A stretch of 64,000 nt of DNA, taken from positions 13,640,001 through 13,704,000 of the forward strand of contig JBHGNT010000015.1 of NCBI GenBank assembly GCA_043228905.1, in the 5' to 3' direction. Shown in pieces: positions 24,951 through 37,129 of the stretch (within the stretch, counting starts at the first letter, position 1; every line of letters starts with the position of its first letter). Below the pieces are notes generated by a model that saw only the letters and a program-made list of their open reading frames with translations, made no database searches and was not told where the DNA came from. A program made the translations under genes and the position numbers. The DNA is from Azolla caroliniana (lineage: Eukaryota > Plantae > Polypodiophyta).

Positions 24951-27900
24951 GTAGACAAGGCGAAAATTGTCATGAACTGACCGAAACGTTGTAATAATGG
25001 TTTTTACATCACTTGTTTAGCTTGAGAGAGAGGGAGAGAGAAACTCTAACTCAAAAGGCATAAAGTGGATTTCATATTTTTTGGATTTTACAATCTTTTA
25101 TATTACTTGGGCCCATGTAGTGGTGAATAAGTATTTTGCCTCTTGCCCCCCTTTTCCTTGACTCAAAGAATCTCCCTTTTGTATAGTCAATGTGATGTCA
25201 GCATAATGGCAATAGAAGTGAAGCATTTGATGTAATGAAATTTTGTTCCTTAGACTTTGATTGTCTTCAATCTTGCTTTGGTACATCGATAGTTACAAGG
25301 CAATAATATGAGATGTTGATTATAAAGGTTGAGGTCTAGTAGTTCACTTCTTTGTTCGAGGCTCAAAGATGACTTTGTAATGGATGGGCGGTCAATTGTA
25401 TTCCATTCTTAATATGTATATCGCATGTTTAGTTTATGGCATGTTTAATTGTACAGGTTGAGGATCCTTATAGGGATGTGAACCTACGCTTGTATGTCCA
25501 ACATTGTTAGTGTCTATTATACATGTGAATACAATGGTTGGTTTTGGCATTAACATCATAATCCTTTTGGTTGTGTTACTAAGGAGCGATACGTTTTGTA
25601 AGAAAAAGGGATCAAGAATGTATGTGTTAGGTGTTACCATGAAATATAGGACACACATTATAAAACTTTTTGTGCCTTTTCATTATTTATGTGGAAAGAT
25701 GGAAAGTTCTTGGTAATATAATCATCACATATATGTGTATTGTATTGTGATGACATATTTAGGTCTCATGTTGTTTGTACATAAACCATATCCATCTATG
25801 ATGCAACACATAATTTATTGGATGTGATATTTATACAAGTGCATAATATTAGGATAGAAGTTACTAGCTACAATACAACCTGAAATAAAGTTTGTGCAAC
25901 TTAAATGTTACATGGTCGAATGCTTCGCATTTGGATTGCACACTCAACATGGTTTTTGACTTTGTATCCATTTCTTTGACTTGTAGTGACCGGAGGAAAT
26001 TTTATTTTTAAATCTATTGAGGAGCTTGAGCCTTGGACATAAAAATTCATATATGAAAATTGTCATTATTATATATGCGTCGTGATCGTGGGGCAATGAA
26101 TATTAATTTTTTTTCCCCCAATTTATTTGTTAGAGAGAGTGGTGGGTCGGTAGATAATTCGATGAATGTGTTAGATAAGGGATTTGAGTGTGATATCTGA
26201 AAAAGATTGATCTTAATATAAAACTTGGAAACCAGTTGGAAGAGGAGTAATGAAGTGACATTGATAATCTAAGAATTTCTTCTTGTGATTGAAAGTTGGT
26301 TCAAGGTGGATTGTTCTAGCTTGCCAAATTGTATTGGATCATCAGATTTTAGATTATGAAATATGTTTCCTTTTACAAATCACAACACCCAAAATTTCGA
26401 TAAAACCTAAAACCTAAAAAATAAAGAACCAAAGTTTAAATGTGATATAATGCAATGACTAGTTACTAATGGACCATGTATAATCCGTTATAAATGGAGA
26501 TTATGAATCATTTTAGAGTTTCGACATTTGATTTTCTTGTGCTAGAATTTGAAAGGGAATTTAAATTTAGGGATATTGAAGTGATGATAATTTAATAACA
26601 AATTATATGGCAACACTTAGGCCGTTCAAGGTTGTTTCTTAATCATTGGAGCACCTTGTTATAGGTGACCAAATATTTTCTGTAACATTTAAGATTGTAG
26701 GTGACCAAATACCATTCTAGTGTCTAGTTTTAGGTGACCAATATTTTCTTTTTAAACGAAAGGGTTTCAAACATTTCACTTATGGTGATGGACGCCCACC
26801 GAACTAAATTGTTGAGAAATGACCAGTTAAGGATCACTCATACGAAGTGGATGTGAACGTGCATGGTACAATAACTATCATCCTTATCCAAACAACAAAT
26901 GAATAGGTGCATGAAGAGGCAAGAATTTTCATTACCTATTCAGATTCTAATGCTTGGATTGTTTAGTTTTAATGTACACTAAATAGTTGAAAACTATGCA
27001 AAGTGAAAAAACAACAAAGAAAGCAAACTAAAACTACATAAAGAGGAATGCTAGAGACATCAATGACATGTGCATCACGAATACAACCTTGACCACATGT
27101 TGCTAAACATTAAAGAAAATTTAATTTATATTATCACTTGGAGATATATATTTATATAAGTAAAATTTAAAGTAAATTTTACAATTAATACTTGGAGGCA
27201 CGCGCAACATGAATAAGTGTTACTGATGTGATCGATAAAAAGGTATGAAATAAACAATGTAGTCCCAATCATAATAATTGTAAATGTCTCATCCAGAATC
27301 TTGCTATTACAACTTGCATAATGACATATGGTTACCTTCACAAGTCCCAAGCATTAATGTCACAAAATAAGTCATTCTAGTCATGGACTTCAATACCCTT
27401 TTACTTAGTGATGTTATTGGTCTATTACTTCTTGATCAAACTATTTATTGCAACCTTCTATGCCGATCCTCGTTAGTGATGTATGCCTTTCATAAAAATC
27501 GTAGGGCATTACGTCCTTTTTGGGCTGGAATGGAAGCTTAAATCAATTTGAGGTGTTCCACTATTGAGAACAAAAAAGTAACATGTAAGCTCCATTTAAG
27601 CCCATATGACATATATGGTCATAAAACAGTCCTTAACGTTTCTAATACTTAGGTGTATTTCATTGAAATTTAGACCATCTTTGACAAATAAGTCAATATT
27701 GGAAATTGTATCATTAGATTTTATTTTTTGACTTTCTTTTAGCAAAATATTATTATTTTTCTATTACACATCTTAACTTTAAGACATCATAGTAAAAATA
27801 CATGTAACTTAAAAATCTGTTGAAGTGCCTTACCAAAAACTGAAGAAGTCCAACTTCGGCAGGCTATACAATGCACCACTTGCTTAAACCCCGGACACTT

Positions 27901-28460
27901 GACAGTGGACTACACCCTACGATCGCACCGCATGATTTGTCAATCCCTTGTTCACACTCTCGATCAATGTGAGTACAACTTGCTTAACTGTGTCGCCGCT
28001 TTCGGCCAATCGAGGACACCTATTGCTAGAGCTTAGATCTAAACATATGATAAGGATAACAAAGATAGATTAATAAGAAAGGAGAGAGAGAAAGAAGGGT
28101 GTCGATCCACCCGAGCACCCCTGAGCGAAGGGATCGAGACAGACTCGAGCCTCGATCGGTGTCCCATACCACTGACGTGGCGTTGAGTTGTACTTGGTGC
28201 TGGCGCGCTCGCCACAAGTGTTGACCCACCACAAGAACAGAGTCTCGACGTAGTCAAGAGATGATGAAATGTGGGTAGCTAGGCCTCACACTTATAGTCA
28301 GACCCAAGGCCCCTAGGCAAGTTCACACTTGGCCTAATGGGTTGTCTCAATCTCGAGGATTCAAAGTAATCCTCCCCTTTATTACACTCTCGTTTAACCC
28401 TCACACTTTATCCATGTGTATAGAATACTACGGTACATTCTCACCACAGGATATTATATA

Positions 28461-31400
28461 TGTTGAGAAACAAGCTCAACAAAGGTATGTGATGCATATT
28501 GGTAAGTGACATATTCTATAGTAGCTATTAGGAAATTAGCTACTAGTGGACATAAAGGTGGAACAACTATTTAGCTATCTACAGTTATTTAGCTATGCAC
28601 AACTATTTAGCTAGTCACAACTAATTAGCTAGTCACAACTAATTAACTGCATATGTAAGTCACTTATAACTTAGGTAAAAATGTAGGAGTAAGAGAGAAG
28701 TTGTAAGAGAAAAAGAACAGAAAAACAAAAAACTAACGAGAGTGAGTTGAGCTCTGCGTGTAATGAAATAGAAGCTTTTGGATTGCTACAGAGGTAAGTC
28801 TCTTTCCCCCTTTCTTTCTGTCTTGAGCACACTAATGATCCAACACATCATGTTCCGCTATGCACAAAGAAGAGCCATAGTGCCTTCATAAGATGGTATA
28901 AGAGCAAAGTTTCTCGTAAAGAAGATTAGAGCAGTACAGATCTGAGAAGTTTGGTTTTGGTTGTTGATCTAAATCAGAGAATTGTCTGTGAAGTTAATCG
29001 TAGCAAAATCCCTAATTGAAAGAGAGAATGGTTGCTGAGAATGGATGCCAAATAGTCATAGAAAAGCTGGATAAAAACAATTTCCCTGAGTGGAATTTCA
29101 AAATGACAAATTTCCTGATGGAAAAAGGATACTGGGATTACATTGAAGGAGACCTAAAAGAGGCTCCAGAGATCCCTGAAGATTAAAACATTTAAGGAAT
29201 GGAATCAAGGGGCAAGGAAAGTATTGCATTGACTGTCACTTAGCATCTAAGATTCGATGCTTGGACAGATACAAGATGCTTTGCTTCCAAAAGAAGCTTG
29301 GGATAGTTTGGTAAAACTATTTGTAGGAAACACAAAGGCTAGAAAGCTTCAGTTGAAGAGTGAGCTAAATACCTTGGAAAAAGGTAAGATGTCAGTTAAT
29401 GAATATGCTCTGAAAATAAAGAGCATATGTGAATCACTTGCTTCTATTAATGTGAAGGTAGAAGATGATGATAAGGTGGAAATATTCTTAAGAGGGTTAG
29501 GACCTCAATATAAAAGCTTCAAAACATATATTCTCACAAGGGATAACATCCTAAGTTTTCTAGATCTAGTTTCAATGCTTGTAGTGGAAGAAAGAAATCA
29601 GATGGATGATGTAAACAAAGGAAACTCTAAGACTGAGGGGCAAGCCCTCTACAATAGTGTTGGAAGAGGCCGAGGAAGAGGCCATGGAAGATTTGGTTCA
29701 GCTAGAACCAACAACAATCAAGGAAGAGGACAACAAGCTATAAGTGGAAGTAACAACATCAGAGGTAGGGAGAGCAATCGAGGAAGAGTGAAGCAAACTT
29801 ATTTGAATGATGATGGTTGTTGGTATTGTGGAAAACCAGGACATACACAAGCTGAATGCTATAAAAAACAAAATGATGAAAAAAGAGGGAAGAGACAACA
29901 AAACAATTATCCTTCAACTAGTGAAGATTGTGATAAAGATGGTGCATTTGTGATGCAACATGAAACAACAACAATGGCTAAATGTTCACAGAGATGTAAT
30001 GAGGAGTATATGTGGTATGTAGATTCTAGGCATCTAATCATATGACAAGACATGCAAATTGGTTTGAAAGTTTAAGAGAACCAGAGATTCTTGGCTATGT
30101 ACAAACAGGCGATAACACCACTCATACAATCAAGCATGTTGGAGATATCCCATTGTGGGAAGAAAAAGGGGAAACAAAGTATATGCTGAATGTGATGCAT
30201 GTTCCAAACCTTGCAAAAAATCTAATTTCTGTTGGACAGATAGTAGACCAAGGAATGAAGTAACTCCTAAAGAATGTTTCTATGGAAGGAAACCTAGTTT
30301 AGGACACTTAAAAGTGTTTGGATGCCTGGCTTATGTCCATGTAAATGCTAAAGTGAGAAGTAAGTTTGATCCAAAAGTTGAAAAATGTGTTTTTGTTGGA
30401 TATTCAGAGGAGAAAAAAGGGTATAGATGCTATAACCCATTAACAAAAAAGTTTGTCGTAAGCCGTGATGTAATATTTGATGAGTTGGGCAGTTGGTACA
30501 ACCTAAAAGAAAATTTAGAAATTGATGAAGGCTGTGAAAATGAAGACAGAGAAAAATCTGAAAATGGAAGAGATTGCCACAAAAATGGAAACAAGGTTGG
30601 ACAACAAAGTTCAACATCAATAGCATGTACTGGACCATTTGGAAACTTAGGTAGTAAATCTGAATCTAATGCATGGAGTGATAAAAATGCAGGACAAAAA
30701 ATATGATGATAGAAAGGGAAAATAGAAGATGCCAGAATATGAAATGCTTGATGATGGATCTAGAAACATGGAAGATGTAGATTTAGATACATCATTGGAT
30801 GATGAGCTTGGTATAGGTGCCATGAAAATCCCTGGTATGGAAAAAGCAATGAAAGATGCAAATAAGAAACTAAGAAGATCAGAAAGAAAGAAAATGACTG
30901 TTGAAAGATTTGGTTATGATACATACATGGCTATGCATTATGCATACATGTCTAAAGTGGTACAAATCCTTGATCCAAATAATTTTGATGAAGCAAAATC
31001 TAATAAGAAATGGGTGAATGCAATGCAAGAAGAAAAATATGCATTGGCTGAAAAAAGAACGCGGGATTTGGTAAAGTTATCGAAAGGAAAAAATGTGGTA
31101 GGTTGCAAATGGGTCTACAAAACAAAACATTATTCAAATAGAAATGTTAGTAGACATAAAGCAAGAGTTGTTGCAAAGGGATATGCCCATATGCAAGGAA
31201 TTGATTATGATTAAACATTTGCACCGGTTGCAAAGATGGCAACATTGAGGACACTACTTGCTGTAAGTGCAACCAAAAGATGGGTTTTGCACCATATGGA
31301 TGTAAAAAATGCTTTTTTACATGGTAACTTAGAAGAAGAAATGTATATGTGTCAACCACCAGGTTTTGAAGATAAGAAGCATCCAGAATATGTTTGTAAG

Positions 31401-32158
31401 CTGGAAAAGGCTATCTATGGACTGAAACAAGCACCGAGAGCATGGCATAAAGAACTTTCAGAATCTCTGAAAAAGATTGCCTTCAAAATGTCAAAAGCTA
31501 ATCCATCACTGTATGTAAAGAAGATAAATGATTGCATTGTTGTTATCTTGATATATGTTGACGACTTAATCATTGGAGGTGATTCTATGGACTGATATTC
31601 TTACAAAGGGATTGAACATGGAAAAACATACACAGTTTAGAGACATGATGGGAGTTATAAGCATTGGTATGATAGCTGAAAAGCATGAAGAAAAGAAGAC
31701 TGAAGATGACCTCAAGAAAGGATAAGTTGAGCTTGAGGGGGAGTGTTGAGAAACAAGCTCAACAAAGGTATGTGATGCATATTGGTAAGTGAGATCTTGT
31801 ATAGTAGCTATTAGGAAATTAGCTACTAGTGGACATAAAGGTGAAACAACTATTTAGCTATCTACAACTATTTAGCTATGCACAACTATTTAGCTAGTCA
31901 CAACTAATTAGATGCATATGTAAGTCACTTATAACTTAGGTAAAAAAGTAGGAGTAAGAGAGAAGTTGTAAGAGAAAAAGAACAGGAAAACAAAAAACTA
32001 ACGAGAGCGAGTTGAGCTTTGCGTGTAATGAAATAGAAGTTTTTGGATTGCTACAGAGATAAGTCTCTTTCCCCCTTTCTTTCTGTCTTGAGCACACTAA
32101 CGATCCAACACATCACGATCCGTTGTGCACAAAGAAGAGCCGTATTGCCTTCGTAACA
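28461..32158 (+). mobile_element. Ty1/Copia H, internally deleted (3.7 kb), inserted in the chromovirus LTR
   Basis: LTRs 28461-28893 and 31744-32158; PBS TGGTATAAGAGC at 28894; PPT GAGGGGGAG; TSD ATATA/ATATG (the uninterrupted site at 4911-4923 has ATATG). Gag with CWYCGKPGHTQAEC, PR WYVDS, partial INT tail, RT IYVDDL. Confidence 0.95.
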
Positions 32159-32164
32159 ATATGG

Positions 32165-33193
32165 TCATGCCCGTAACATACTCCCCCTCTTTAACACATT
32201 GCACTCTTGCAATTGAAAGTTAGGGAAGTTAGTTCTAAGAGTATTTTTGCATTCCCATGTGGCATCTTTGATAGATTTATCCATCCATTTAATTTTAAAT
32301 TCTCGGATTATTTTAGAACGCAAATTTTTTGTTTGAACATCGAGAATTCTTTCTGGTACATGTGGTTTAGAAGATACTTCTTTAGAAGTAACCAGAGTTT
32401 CAGTTGTCACTGTATTGTCGCCAGAACCAAGAAGTTCTTTTAGACGACTTACATGAAAAACTGGATGGATTTCAACGCCATCAGGAAGAGTGAGATGATA
32501 GGCTGATGAACCAATGTGTTTGAGAATTGTAAAAGGTCCACAAAAGCGCGGGGCTAACTTAGCGCACTTACCCTTAGACAATGTCTTAGAATTGTGAGGT
32601 ACACGTAAAAATACTTTTTGTCCAAGGTTGAATACACGAGTTTGCCTATGATGATCGGCATAAAAACATGCTCTATCTTGAGCTGTTTTTATATTATCTT
32701 GTGCAATATGCAGCATATCTTGCATATCCCGAAGAAAGTTTTGCGTACTTCACCACTCATCATGATGTATATTAACATCAATCGAGGCTCGTGGCTCAAA
32801 ACCATACATCAACATAAAAGGACTATATCCCGTTGATGTATGCTTGGAACTGTTATACGCAAACTCCAAAATTGGGAGATAACGTTCCCATTTTGCTGGT
32901 TTTGTACCAACATATGCATGGAGCATGTCCTCAATAATTTGATTTACTCGTTCTGTTTGTCCATCGGATTGAGGATGATCCTCCGTAGAGCTCATGCTCA
33001 ATGTAGTTTCTAACTTCTTAAAGACTTGCGTCCAAAAGTTGCTAGTAAACTTTGGATCTCGATCACTCACGATATCCATTGGTAACCCATAAAAATGAAA
33101 TAACTCATCAATGAATTGGTAAGCCAATTCAGGAGTTGTTACAATGGTTTTAGTAGCAATAAATCTGGCCATTTTAGTTAGTCGATCAAGCAC
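32165..33193 (-). pseudogene. Gypsy integrase core, GPF domain and chromodomain
   Basis: ORFs 32750-33193 (IVSDRDPKFTS, HPQSDGQTERVN) and 32165-32725 (KLAPRFCGPF, HPVFHVSRLK, ERILD...FKIKW...DATWE). Confidence 0.93.
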
Positions 33194-33232
33194 AACCCAT
33201 ATGGCATCATGGCCTTTTTGGGTGCGAAGAAG

Positions 33233-35179
33233 TGAAAAGGAATACGATTACAAAAGCTAAGACAAAACCGGCTCGTCTAGATAGCAAAAGAATACAGACA
33301 CGGGTTTAATGGAAACCTTGCACGGGAGAGATAGAGTTAGAGTAGAACACAGAAATGTGTATATTCCAAAACAATAAAAACTCTCTATACATACAATGTG
33401 TTCAGTGAGCACTTTTATACAAGTCCATGACAGGACTAACAGAAGTACTGACAAGTACTTCAATGCTCATACATGCAACTGACACTGACTCCTAAAAATA
33501 TGCCTACGTATTAGGCTAGATTCGTAGACCTCTAATGGTCTACCGGTTGCAATCCGATTCGGCTCACCAATCCGGCTACTGGTTCCGGACACCGATCCAG
33601 CTTTGGCTTGTTGAGCTGATCCAGATCCAGTTGAGCTTGTTCCCTCAACACTCTCCCTCAAGCTCAACTTGAGGTTGGATCATGGTGTCAATGTCTGAGG
33701 TCGCCGGTCCTCTCCTTCGGCTCCTCTTGGTGCCCTCCCGACTGGCTCGTGCTCCTTGTCCGGTCCAATTCGGCTTCCTACGACGCATCCGATTCCGCGC
33801 ATCTCGACCTTCTCAATCAGCTTGTCTGCTCCTTCGGCCCTTATCAGCTCCTTTGTTGCTGTGACTTCGGTTCTTGTCGACCCATCGGTTCCTTCGTGTC
33901 GGTGTCGACTTCCGATGCCTTCTTGTTTGTTTGGCCTCTAGTTGATTCTGATCCTCTGAATCAGCTGCCTCCGATTCATTTGAACTCTTGTCCGAATTGG
34001 CTGTCTCCAATTCGTCTTCAACCTTTAGGCCCTTCACCACGTTGGACCATGTCCGTGGCTTGGCCTTCTCATTCTGGTTGGCTCTATCCTTCTTGACTCT
34101 GCCGTCATTGCCGCTTGTTCCGACTTTATTGCATGTGACGACTTCTTCAGTCGACTCGGCATTTCCGACGCAATCGACATCTGTATTGCAGACAAGTTCT
34201 TCGGCTACACCTGCCCGATATAGCAACCCCCGGTCCTTAGTGCCACTCATGGTTGTTTACGTACCCGTATTTAACGTTAAATAAGTATAGTACCTCATAA
34301 TTTGTATAGTACGTACTATACGTCAATGTTGTTCAATCGAATATCGTGTACATTTGTCCAATACGGTATTTAACGTATTTATAAAAAAATAGGTATAATA
34401 TGTATTTATAAAGAAAATGTAAGTAAAACCCCAACAAAAAGCAAAAGAAAAAAAAGATGTTAGTGAAAAGGAAGCCAAAGGAAGGAAGAAAGAAGAATAG
34501 AAGAGACGACGATGAAGAAGAAGATGAAGAAGAAGAAGAATAGAAGAGACGACGATGAAGAAGAAGATGAAGAAGAAGAAGAAGAGAGAAAAGAAAACAT
34601 AAACCTATCTATCATATTGAATCTGAAGAGCATATTCAACACATAGTGGCGTTGGCTAATCAATATGCCTTCCAAGGTGTGGATCACTTTGATCCCGAGG
34701 AAGTAATGAAGGTCCATGAGATCCTTCATTTCGAAGGATGCCGCAAGCTGGGATTTCACGTGGCCGATTTCGTTAAGGTCGGCGTCGGCGATGACTAAAT
34801 CATCAACATAAAGTAAAATACTAACCGGCCCATTTTGACCTTGTTGGACGAAGAGTGAAGAATCCAACTTTGACACGGCAAACCCCATCTGATGTAGTCA
34901 GTGCGTGATCTTTGCGTTCCAGGCGGGTGGGGCTTGCTTGAGTCTGTAGAGGGACTTCTTCAATCGGCACACTGCCGATGTATTCACTACGGACTGCAAT
35001 CCGGGGGGCTGAACCATATACACCTGCTCCTAAAGATCACCTTGCAAGAACGTGTTCTTTACACCCATTTGATGTACATGCCACCCCTTCGCCATTGCCA
35101 CCACAAACAGGACACGGACGATCGTCATCTTCGCGACCGGCACGAACGTCTCCTCATAATCGATGTCGTGCTGCTGCGC
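33233..35179 (-). mobile_element. Copia A-family copy A2, 3' part (LTR 33233-33650, pol tail, RT fragments)
   Basis: The LTR is the reverse complement of the A LTR, with an adjacent PPT. RT LLYVDDL at 34460-34888. RNase H is deleted at ~34160. Interrupted at 35180. Confidence 0.9.
34248..34608. mobile_element. One-ended DNA-transposon-like insert with GAA-rich repeats inside the A2 RT
   Basis: Begins CATGGTTGTT, the same end as the hAT MITEs. AT-rich, then ~42-bp GAAGAT/GAAGAA tandem units. The other end is missing and some host RT is deleted. Confidence 0.5.
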
Positions 35180-35737
35180 TGTCGTGCCTTTCGGTTCCGG
35201 ATCGTTGTGTGAGTCGGGTGGGAACCACTGAGGTTTTGGACTAGGAGAAAGAAGAATACAATATAAGACTAGTTATGAATAGGTAGAAAGAGAAATAAGA
35301 AATAAAACTTGTGAATTCCACGTTTTTAGTGTATTTAATCAATATTTAGATTGTAAGAAAGAGAATTTTGATGATAAACTCATGAATCCGACAAATATAT
35401 TAGATTGATCAATCCTTGTAAAAATAACCAACAACACCATACATCTTTCTCTCCTCCTTATATAAGGATGGAAGAGGCTAAGCATAGCTTCATGCTTTTT
35501 TCTAAAGTGTTCATGGACACTAATTGTGCCTAAGTTGCTTTTTACACTATGCTTTTATTTCCTAAATATAGTGCTCATGCTCGCTAGATGTGTACGAGTA
35601 ATTTTTTTTTATTGGTGTACATTTTTCTTATAAATAAAGTATTCATGCATTCTAAAAATTGCATGACTTACCTTTTAATAAAGGTAGGCGTAAATAAAGG
35701 TCTTATATGTATTAAATTTATATTTAAAATGCTTAGG

Positions 35738-35808
35738 ATAAGTTAGTACAATGGTAAGGTTGGGGTTTGTCTACGTGGAGGTACAAGGTTTGAATCTTGC
35801 CCTATGCA
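35738..35808 (+). other. tRNA-like sequence inside the Gypsy D LTR
   Basis: A-box-like TAGTACAATGGTAAGG; B-box/T-arm CAAGGTTTGAATCTTG. Confidence 0.55.
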
Positions 35809-37129
35809 CGTAACAATCTTTTCTTCTATTTACAAATTTTCCTCTTCATTCGGTGAGAGACTCTTACCGGCCTTCTTTATCCGGGTCCTTGATATGGTTT
35901 TTACTAGGTCCTCCTTGCAAGTCCCATCTTCATCCGGTTCTCACCGGTTCTCCTTACCGATTCCTCTTTGTAGATGATCTTACGTTTATGCGGAAGTGTC
36001 TGTTCAGATCTTACGAATGTGTACAACAGACAACGTATGGACAAAACAGAAATATGACAAATTTGAGAGTTACACTGATCTGAGCTCTAATGGAAAGCTT
36101 CTTGATTATTCACCACGTGTTTCTCACTTAGAGATTACAATGCTCGTCGTCATCTATTACAATGTTAGGTCATGGCTTATATATTAAGCCCTAACTTATT
36201 AATGAGTTCACACTCAGACGGATACAACTTGGAAGGAGTCGGCCTTTTATACCAACAAATTCCCCTGTAAAAGGACTACTCTTTTTATATACAAATGTTT
36301 TGGGGTTTATCTCCCCCGTAAACCTAGATTACAAATTTACCTAGATTTAATATTTACAAGTCTGTCGGCATGCAGCCGAGTCGGCAAAGGCGTGATATGA
36401 TCATCAATCAGTTTTTACCTTCTGCTCCTCGTTCGGCTTTCTTCTGCTCGGTCGCTTGTCGTAGTCCCATCTTCGTCCTTAGTGCTCCGAAGTGTTGATC
36501 TGGGAGTGGCTTTGTTAGGCAATCGGCGATGTTCACCTCGGTGTCGATCTTCAGGACTTCGAGTTTCTTCTCTGTCACGAGCTCCCGAATATGATGATAC
36601 CGCACCTCAATGTGCTTCGTCTTCGCATGATTGACGACATTGTTGATGAGGTGTATTGCGCTCTGTGAGTCGCAATGGATGGTCGGCGTTGGTCGGTCAG
36701 TTCGGCTCTTGGTTCCGAAATTTGTAGATAGTTGGTGCAACCAGATCGCTTCCTTCGCTGCTTCCGATGCTTCTATGTACTCAGCCTCTGTGGTAGACAG
36801 AGCCGTGCACTCTTGAAGTTTCGACCTCCATGATATCACACCGCCACCATAGGTGAAGATGTAGCCTAACGTTGATTTCCGATTGTCTGTATTACCAGCG
36901 TATTCGGAATCGGTGTAGCCTTCGACTTCGGTCGAGGTTGTCAATCCGAAAGTCAACTGTGCATCCAAGGTTCCTTTCAGATACCTCAGGATGTTCTTGA
37001 AGGCCTCCCAAAGCTTCTTTCCTGGGTTTGACATGTACCGGCTGACCACCCCTACAACATAAGCTAGGTTGGGTCGGGTCGCCACCATTGCGTACATGAT
37101 ACTTCCTACTGTCGATGCGTAGGGTATCT

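Larger units (their letters stand above)
28024..33232 (-). mobile_element. Chromovirus (Gypsy) 3' portion: split 3' LTR plus integrase-chromodomain
   Basis: LTR 28024-28460 plus 32159-32178, split by Copia H. PPT AGAGGGGGAG at ~32181-32190 on the minus strand. Truncated by a Copia LTR at 33233. Confidence 0.92.

Noticed and set aside
27818-28023. Possible LTR start (TGTTGAAG) hosting the chromovirus
   Set aside because: No matching second part, TSD or PBS was found in the window.
34460-34610. Env-like or transmembrane tail fused to RT
   Set aside because: It is the reverse complement of the GAA-rich inserted repeat.
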